The translations under genes and the position numbers were made by a program. Source: Alkalilimnicola ehrlichii MLHE-1 (GTDB taxonomy: Bacteria; Pseudomonadota; Gammaproteobacteria; Nitrococcales; Halorhodospiraceae). Taken from it: DNA of 32,000 bases. The notes under the pieces were generated by a model, which was given only the letters and a program-made list of their open reading frames with translations, searched no databases and was not told where the DNA came from. This document shows positions 26,165 to 32,000 of this stretch, piece by piece (the first letter of the stretch is position 1; the number at the start of each line of letters is the position of its first letter). The DNA is taken from positions 450,001 through 482,000 of the forward strand of contig NC_008340.1 of NCBI RefSeq assembly GCF_000014785.1, in the 5' to 3' direction.

Positions 26165-28429
26165 ATGCTCGAGGTTCTGCACCGCATTTCACGCGAGGTC
26201 AACGCCGCACCCGGGCTGCGCCAGGCTCTGAGCATCATCGTCAAGCGGGTCGCTGACGCCATGAAGGTGGACGTCTGCTCGGTCTACCTGATGGACCCGG
26301 AGACCGAGCGCCTGGTGTTGATGGACACCCGTGGCCTCAATCCCGATGCGGTTGGCCGGGTACGGCTGCGCCTCTCCGAAGGGCTGGTGGGCATGGTGGC
26401 CGAGCGCGGCGAGCCGATCAATCTGGACAACGCTTACGACCACCCCCGCTTCCGCTATTTCCCCGAGACCGGGGAGGAGCTGTTTCACTCCTTTCTCGGC
26501 GTGCCCATCGTCCACTACCGCAAGCTGCTGGGCGTACTGGTGGTGCAGCAGATGGCGGAGCGCCGTTTCGACGAGGATGACGTTGCCTTTCTGGTGACGC
26601 TGGGTGCCCAGCTGGCCGGCGCCATCGCCCACGCCGAGGCCAGCGGTGGCCTGGACGGGTTGCGTGACGGGGACGTGGCGCAGGGGCGCATGCTCCAGGG
26701 CCTGCCCGCTGCACCGGGCGTCGCCATGGGGACCGCGGTGGTGCACTCGGCCCAGGTGGACCTGGAGTCGGTGCCGGACCGCGACCCGGAGGACATCGAG
26801 GAGGAAAAGCGCCAGTTCATGGTCGCGGTGCGGGCGGTCCGTGAGGAGCTGGGGCGCCTTTCCAAAGAGTTGGAGGGCACCCTGTCCTCCGACGAGCACA
26901 TGCTGTTCGATGTCTACTTGCGCATGCTCGACGACGACAGTCTGGTCGGGGAAACGCTCCGGGCCATCGAGGCGGGTAACTGGGCGCCCGGTGCCCTGCG
27001 CGAGATTATCGGCGGCCATGTGCAGGTCTTTCAGGACATGGAGGACCCCTACCTGCGGGAACGCGCCAGCGACATCCGCGACCTGGGCAGCCGCATCCTG
27101 GCGCGCCTGCGGGAGGACACCCGCCGGAGCCGGCCCTTGCCCGAGCGGGTGATCCTGGTGGGCAAGGAGGTGAGCGCGACCCAGTTGGCCGAGGTGCCGC
27201 AGGATCACCTCGCGGGGGTGGTCTCCGCCTCCGGCACCCGCAACTCCCATGTGGCGATCCTGGCCCGGGCGCTGAGTGTGCCGGCGATTATGGGGGCCTC
27301 CGACCTGAGTACCGGGCGTTTGGATGGCAAGCCGGTGATCGTCGACGGCTATTCCGGGCGTTTCTACGTCCAGCCCAGCGATGCGGTGCGCGAGGAGTAC
27401 GAGCGTCTGGCCCGGGACGAGGCGGAGTTTGCCGATAGCCTGGAAAGCCTCAAGGATGAGCCGGCGGAGACGCCGGACGGGTATCGCATCAAGCTGCTGG
27501 CCAATACCGGGCTGATCTCGGACATTAACCTGTCGCTGGCCAGCGGTTGTGACGGCATCGGCCTGCACCGCACCGAGTTCCCCTTCATCGTGCGCGACCG
27601 CTTCCCCGGTGAAGAGGAGCAGGCCATGCTCTATCGCCGGGTGTTGGAGTATTTCCGCCCACGCCCGGTGGTGTTGCGGACGCTGGATATCGGCGGTGAC
27701 AAGTCCCTGCCCTATTTCCCGGTCCATGAGGAGAACCCCTTCCTGGGCTGGCGGGGCATCCGGCTCACCCTCGACCACCCGGAGATCTTCCTCACCCAGC
27801 TTCGGGCGATGGTGCGGGCCAACATCGGCAACGGCAATCTGCGGGTCATGTTCCCCATGATCAGCCGTCTGCACGAGGTGGATGAGGCCAAGGCGCTGCT
27901 CGCCCGCGCGGTGGAGGAGCTGCGCGAGGAGGGCATGGAGGTGGAGATGCCCCCGGTGGGCGTCATGGTGGAGGTGCCTGCCGCCGTTGCCATGGCCGAC
28001 AAGCTGGCCCAGCGGGTGGCCTTCCTGTCCGTGGGCACCAATGACCTCACCCAGTACCTGCTGGCGGTGGATCGCAACAATGCCCGGGTGGCGGCGCTTT
28101 ACGACGAGCTGCACCCGGCGGTCCTCAACGCCATTGCCCAGGTGGTGGACTCAGGCCGGCAGTATCGCTGTCCGGTCAGTGTCTGTGGCGGTATGGCGGG
28201 TGATCCGGCCGGTGCCATCCTGCTCCTCGCTCTGGGCGTCAGCAGCCTGAGCATGAGCGTGGCCAGCCTGCTGCGCATCAAGTGGGTGGTGCGCAGTATC
28301 AGCCGGGAGAGGGCCACGGAGCTGCTTACCCTGGCGCTGGATATGGAATCACCCGATGACGTGCGGGCGATGCTGAAACGGGCCCTGGACGAGCAGGGGC
28401 TGGGTGGCCTGATCCGCGCCGGGAAGTGA
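26165..28429 (+). CDS. ptsP: Phosphoenolpyruvate-protein phosphotransferase PtsP (nitrogen-PTS EI with GAF domain)
   Basis: N-terminal GAF domain (MLEVLHRISREVNAAPGLRQALSIIVKRV...), GTRNSHVAILARAL active-site His, DIGGDKSLPYF and CGGMAGDP. Confidence 0.97.
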   Translation: MLEVLHRISREVNAAPGLRQALSIIVKRVADAMKVDVCSVYLMDPETERLVLMDTRGLNPDAVGRVRLRLSEGLVGMVAERGEPINLDNAYDHPRFRYFPETGEELFHSFLGVPIVHYRKLLGVLVVQQMAERRFDEDDVAFLVTLGAQLAGAIAHAEASGGLDGLRDGDVAQGRMLQGLPAAPGVAMGTAVVHSAQVDLESVPDRDPEDIEEEKRQFMVAVRAVREELGRLSKELEGTLSSDEHMLFDVYLRMLDDDSLVGETLRAIEAGNWAPGALREIIGGHVQVFQDMEDPYLRERASDIRDLGSRILARLREDTRRSRPLPERVILVGKEVSATQLAEVPQDHLAGVVSASGTRNSHVAILARALSVPAIMGASDLSTGRLDGKPVIVDGYSGRFYVQPSDAVREEYERLARDEAEFADSLESLKDEPAETPDGYRIKLLANTGLISDINLSLASGCDGIGLHRTEFPFIVRDRFPGEEEQAMLYRRVLEYFRPRPVVLRTLDIGGDKSLPYFPVHEENPFLGWRGIRLTLDHPEIFLTQLRAMVRANIGNGNLRVMFPMISRLHEVDEAKALLARAVEELREEGMEVEMPPVGVMVEVPAAVAMADKLAQRVAFLSVGTNDLTQYLLAVDRNNARVAALYDELHPAVLNAIAQVVDSGRQYRCPVSVCGGMAGDPAGAILLLALGVSSLSMSVASLLRIKWVVRSISRERATELLTLALDMESPDDVRAMLKRALDEQGLGGLIRAGK

Positions 28430-28456
28430 GGGCGTACGAACGGGATCGTTTTGCAG

Positions 28457-28486
28457 TTGACAATAGCTCTCATTTGGGTCTAATTT
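28457..28486 (+). promoter_or_regulatory. Candidate sigma70 promoter of bfd (TTGACA-18-TAATTT) with overlapping Fur-like sequence
   Basis: TTGACA at 28457-28462, TAATTT at 28481-28486. GACAATAGCTCTCATTT overlaps and loosely resembles a Fur box. Confidence 0.45.
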
Positions 28487-28508
28487 TGGATCCAGACAGG
28501 AGGTGGCC

Positions 28509-28709
28509 ATGTACGTATGTCTCTGCAAAGCGATTACCGACCGCGACGTGCGCCAGGCACTGGATGAGGGCTGTTACTGTATGCGCGATCTCAAGGAGCG
28601 GCTGGGCGTTTGCAGCGCCTGTTGCAAATGCGCCCCGGCGGCCAAGGCGCTGCTCAATGAGTACATGGCCGATCCCAGCGTGGCGGCACTGGCCCGCAGA
28701 GTCGCCTGA
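28509..28709 (+). CDS. bfd: Bacterioferritin-associated ferredoxin
   Basis: MYVCLCKAITDRDVRQALDEGCYCMRDLKERLGVCSACCKCAPAA, BFD [2Fe-2S] Cys pattern; adjacent to bfr. Confidence 0.92.
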   Translation: MYVCLCKAITDRDVRQALDEGCYCMRDLKERLGVCSACCKCAPAAKALLNEYMADPSVAALARRVA

Positions 28710-28817
28710 TACGCGCCCGAGCCGTTGCGTCCAGGGCGCACGGTGTTCGCCAGTGCGCCCCAGGCTGCTAGAATTTTGGATAACCCTATCCATTAGCACA
28801 CCGATAAGGAGCGCACC

Positions 28818-29282
28818 ATGCAGGGCGACAAGAAAGTCATCGAATACCTCAACCAGGCCCTCAAGCTCGAACTGACTGCGATCAACCAGTACTTCCTGCA
28901 CTCGCGCATCGCGGGTGACTGGGGCCTGACCAAGCTCGAGGAAAAGGAGTACGAAGAGTCCATCGACGAGATGAAGCACGCGGATGAGTTCATCCAGCGC
29001 ATCCTCTTCCTCGGCGGTATGCCCAACCTGCAGGACTATGGCCGGCTGCGCATCGGTGAGAACGTCCGCGAGATCCTGCAGGCGGACCTGGAGGGTGAGC
29101 ACGAGGGCCGCAAGCTCTACCAAGAGGCCGCGGGCTATTGTGATCAGGTGCAGGACTACGTCACCCGGGATCTGTTCAAGACGATCCTGGCGGACGAGGA
29201 AGGCCACATCGACTGGCTGGAGACCCAGCTCGACCTGATGGATCGGGTGGGCGAGCAGAATTACCAGCAATCGCTGATGTGA
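28818..29282 (+). CDS. bfr: Bacterioferritin
   Basis: [72 protein letters not shown]. Confidence 0.97.
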   Translation: MQGDKKVIEYLNQALKLELTAINQYFLHSRIAGDWGLTKLEEKEYEESIDEMKHADEFIQRILFLGGMPNLQDYGRLRIGENVREILQADLEGEHEGRKLYQEAAGYCDQVQDYVTRDLFKTILADEEGHIDWLETQLDLMDRVGEQNYQQSLM

Positions 29283-29331
29283 GTCGCCGCCGCGCCGGCA
29301 CCAGACGCCGGTGCCCCGGTCGTTGCAGAGA

Positions 29332-29368
29332 CGAAAAAGGCCGGTCCCATGGGGGCCGGCCTTTTTCG
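29332..29368. terminator. Bidirectional rho-independent terminator between convergent bfr and hemJ
   Basis: CGAAAAAGGCCGG (29332-29344) pairs perfectly with CCGGCCTTTTTCG (29356-29368), giving a T-tract on both strands. Confidence 0.93.
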
Positions 29369-29396
29369 TGTGCGCTGGGTGCTGCCCTGAGGGCGG

Positions 29397-29825
29397 TCAG
29401 AAGGGTTTTACCACCGCCAGAACCACCACCGCGATCAGCACTAGGACCGGTAATTCGTTGAAGACGCGGTACCAGCGGTGGCTGCGAGTGTTGCGGTCGT
29501 CGCGAAACTGTTTCAACAGGTGGCCGCAGTAGACGTGGTAGCCGATGAGCAGGGCCACCAATACCAGCTTGGCGTGCATCCAGCCCTGGGACAGCCAGCC
29601 CGGGATCAGGATCAGCAGCCAGATCCCCAGCCCCACCGCCACGATGGCGCTGGGGGTCATGATGCCCCGGTAGAGCTTGCGCTCCATCACCTTGAAGCGC
29701 TCAATCCCGGTGCGGTCCTCGGCCATGGCGTGGTAGACGTAGAGCCGGGGCAGGTAGAACAGGGCGGCGAACCAGGTGACCACGGCGATGATGTGAAAGG
29801 CCTTCACCCACAGGTACATGATCAA
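29397..29825 (-). CDS. hemJ: HemJ-like protoporphyrinogen oxidase / CopD-like membrane protein
   Basis: 142 aa: YLWVKAFHIIAVVTWFAALFYLPRLYVYHA and MERKLYRGIMTPSAIVAVGLGIWLL, GWMHAKLVLVALLIGYHVYC. Confidence 0.9.
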   Translation of the reverse strand: MIMYLWVKAFHIIAVVTWFAALFYLPRLYVYHAMAEDRTGIERFKVMERKLYRGIMTPSAIVAVGLGIWLLILIPGWLSQGWMHAKLVLVALLIGYHVYCGHLLKQFRDDRNTRSHRWYRVFNELPVLVLIAVVVLAVVKPF

Positions 29826-30331
29826 CCCCGCTCCAGCATGCGCTCGATCTGGCCACGAACCCGCTCCATGTCGAGCAGCCCCAGGCGTTGCCAGACCACC
29901 CGGCCGTCAGGGTCGATCAGATAGGAGGTGGGGGTGACGCGGACCTCGCCGAAGCCTTGGGAGACGCTGCGGTCCTGATCATGGGCGATGAGGTAGCTCA
30001 TCTCCCGGGCCTCCACCAGGGCCTTGATCAGCTCCGGGTCGTCGTAATGCATGGCTACGCCGATCACTTTCACCCCCCGCTCCGCCATGTCATCGTGGAG
30101 GGCCTGCAGATGGGGGATCTCGTCGATACAGGTGGGGCAGTCGGTGGCCCAGAAGGTCACCAGCACCGGCTGCCCGCGCAGCGTCTCCAGCGCCACGGTC
30201 TCGCCCTCCAGGGTGTTGAAGGTGACGTCCGGGCGCGATTTGCCCTCCCAGGGGGCGATGACCAGCAACGCCACCGCGACCAGGGCCACTGCGCCGGCCG
30301 CGACAGCCAGCATCTTTCGGGTGTTGCTCAT
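29822..30331 (-). CDS. TlpA/AhpC-TSA-like thioredoxin-fold protein
   Basis: 169 aa, N-terminal TM, LRGQPVLVTFWATDCPTCIDEIPHLQALHDDMAERGVKVIGVAMHYD; CPTC redox motif. Confidence 0.9.
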   Translation of the reverse strand: MSNTRKMLAVAAGAVALVAVALLVIAPWEGKSRPDVTFNTLEGETVALETLRGQPVLVTFWATDCPTCIDEIPHLQALHDDMAERGVKVIGVAMHYDDPELIKALVEAREMSYLIAHDQDRSVSQGFGEVRVTPTSYLIDPDGRVVWQRLGLLDMERVRGQIERMLERG

Positions 30332-30398
30332 CGGAGACTCCGCCGGTTGGATGAACGGCCCCTAGTTTACCGGTGCCCGGCCCTTCGGGAAATCGGGC

Positions 30399-32000
30399 CT
30401 AGTGCAAATACTGATACTCCAGCTCCTGCCGGGTAACCACGCCGAGGTGGTGTTGGATACCGGGGGCCACGGTCTTGACCACGCACAGGGCCTCCGCCTC
30501 CCGCTCCTGGAACAGGGCCAGGGCCTCCCGCAGGCTGGCCCGGTACTCGATGCTGGCCGGCTCCAGCCGTTTGGCCGGAATGGCCAGCAGGTCCACCTCC
30601 GATTGCGGGTCCGTCTGCAGGTGGTGGAGGACATCAGCCACCGGCACCAGGGCCAGTGGCGCCTTGTCCGGGGTCTCGCCGAGCAGCAGAATCCAGCGGG
30701 GCTGCTGGTCCAGGGCCGCCTCCAGCGCGGTGCGGGAGACCTGGCGGGGAAGGGTGGTCAGGCGCCGGTCCATGATGCGGACGATGCCGAGCCGGCTGAG
30801 CTTCTGAAGCAGTGGATCGCTGCGGAAGTCGAGGCCCCGGCGTCGGAGCTGGTGCAGGTAGACTGAGTCCTTGCCGAACAGCTCGCCGGAACAGAGTACG
30901 GCGGTGGCGATGGTGAGCATGCCGGGCAGGATGATATTGGGGTTGGCGGTGAGCTCCAGCATGGCAGTCAGCGCCGCCAGGGGGGCGCGCAGCGTGGCCC
31001 CCATCATCGCACCCAGCCCGAGCATGACGTAGAGGCTGGGTTCTGACGCCATCTCGGGGAACAGCGCCTGCGCGGCTTGGCCCAGCAGTCCGCCCGCGGC
31101 CGCACCGATGACGACAGTGGGACCGATTAGGCCGCCGGGGATACCCAGGCCCACGGCCAGGGTGCTGGCCAAGAGCTTGGCCGCCACCAGCGCCACCAGG
31201 GTGATCGTGGCCACCTCGCCGAGCAGGATGAGGTTCACGGTCTCGTAGCCGACACCCATGACCTCGGGCAGGGCCAACCCGATCAGGCCCACGGCCAGGC
31301 CGGCCAGGGTGGTGCGCGCGGCCAGCGGCCAGCGGGTCAGGCTGTTGCTGAAGAACATCAGGCTTTGGATGAAGGCGGCCGCCAGGGTGCCGATGAGCAG
31401 GCCACAGACCAGTAGCCAGCCGAGCTCGCCGAGGCTTTCCAGGTGCACCGCCGGGACGGAGAAGGCCGGGGTGTTGCCATAAACCAGTTGGGTGACCACG
31501 GTGGCGGTCACCGCCGAGAGCATGACCGGAAGAAAGCCGCTGAGGGTGTATTCGAGCATCACCACCTCCATGGCGAAGATCACCCCCGCCAGCGGCGTGT
31601 TGAAGGTGGCGCCGATGGCGCCGGCCACCCCGCAGGCGACCAGCGTGCGCAGGCTGTTGTTGGGCAGGCCCAGCCGCTGCCCGAGCAGACTGCCGCTGGC
31701 GGCGCCGAGGTGGATGGCCGGCCCCTCGCGGCCCACGGAGTGGCCGCTGATCAACGCGGTGCTGGCCCCTACGAACTGGGCCGCGGCGTTGCGCCAGCTC
31801 ATGTAGCCCTGGTGATAACCGAGGCGCTCCATCACGTGGACCACCCCGGTGCCCCGGTGCTCGGGGCGCAGCCACTGCAGCATCAGCCCGATCAGGGCCC
31901 CACCGATCACCGGCAGCAGCACTCGCCAGTGCGCCGGCAACGCCCAGAATTGCTCGGGGCCCCCCAGCAGGCCGGTCTGGCTGCTCTCCACCACCCAGCG
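30399..32000 (-). CDS. CLC-family chloride channel/transporter with C-terminal CBS-like region (5' end outside window)
   Basis: GHSVGREGPAIHLGAASGSLLGQ, GAIGATFNTPLAGVIFAMEVV and LGIPGGLIGPTVVIGAAAGGLLGQ are CLC selectivity motifs. The N-terminal helix appears to continue beyond 32000. Confidence 0.93.
   Translation of the reverse strand, partial: RWVVESSQTGLLGGPEQFWALPAHWRVLLPVIGGALIGLMLQWLRPEHRGTGVVHVMERLGYHQGYMSWRNAAAQFVGASTALISGHSVGREGPAIHLGAASGSLLGQRLGLPNNSLRTLVACGVAGAIGATFNTPLAGVIFAMEVVMLEYTLSGFLPVMLSAVTATVVTQLVYGNTPAFSVPAVHLESLGELGWLLVCGLLIGTLAAAFIQSLMFFSNSLTRWPLAARTTLAGLAVGLIGLALPEVMGVGYETVNLILLGEVATITLVALVAAKLLASTLAVGLGIPGGLIGPTVVIGAAAGGLLGQAAQALFPEMASEPSLYVMLGLGAMMGATLRAPLAALTAMLELTANPNIILPGMLTIATAVLCSGELFGKDSVYLHQLRRRGLDFRSDPLLQKLSRLGIVRIMDRRLTTLPRQVSRTALEAALDQQPRWILLLGETPDKAPLALVPVADVLHHLQTDPQSEVDLLAIPAKRLEPASIEYRASLREALALFQEREAEALCVVKTVAPGIQHHLGVVTRQELEYQYLH

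Overview
This is a high-GC gammaproteobacterial chromosomal window; an Ectothiorhodospiraceae-like origin is inference only. It is dominated by ordinary housekeeping genes: holA C-terminus, proA, nadD, rsfS, rlmH, bacteriohemerythrin, maf, rng, a YhdP-like giant protein, nitrilase, tldD/pmbA, a hibernation factor, dadA, a TSUP permease, a PQQ-type sugar dehydrogenase, ilvD, cobalamin adenosyltransferase, a methyltransferase, a DksA-like protein, a macro domain protein, folA, lrgB/lrgA, a HAD hydrolase, rppH, ptsP, bfd, bfr, hemJ, a thioredoxin-like protein and a CLC channel. I see no complete defence island, transposase, CRISPR array or tRNA. The strongest unexplained signal is a pair of about 207-221 bp foldback elements, at 12271-12477 (between tldD and pmbA) and 17928-18148 (directly after ilvD). 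Their cores are about 90% identical. Their long outer arms (41 and 47 bp) have essentially unrelated sequences but are self-complementary within each copy. An inner 12-bp stem differs by three compensatory base-pair changes. Both copies have the same orientation relative to flanking transcription. Other signals are a DnaA-box-like cluster in an AT-richer gap upstream of dadA, and two oppositely oriented arrays of a second palindromic repeat family (about 95-bp period) bracketing a small gene block.
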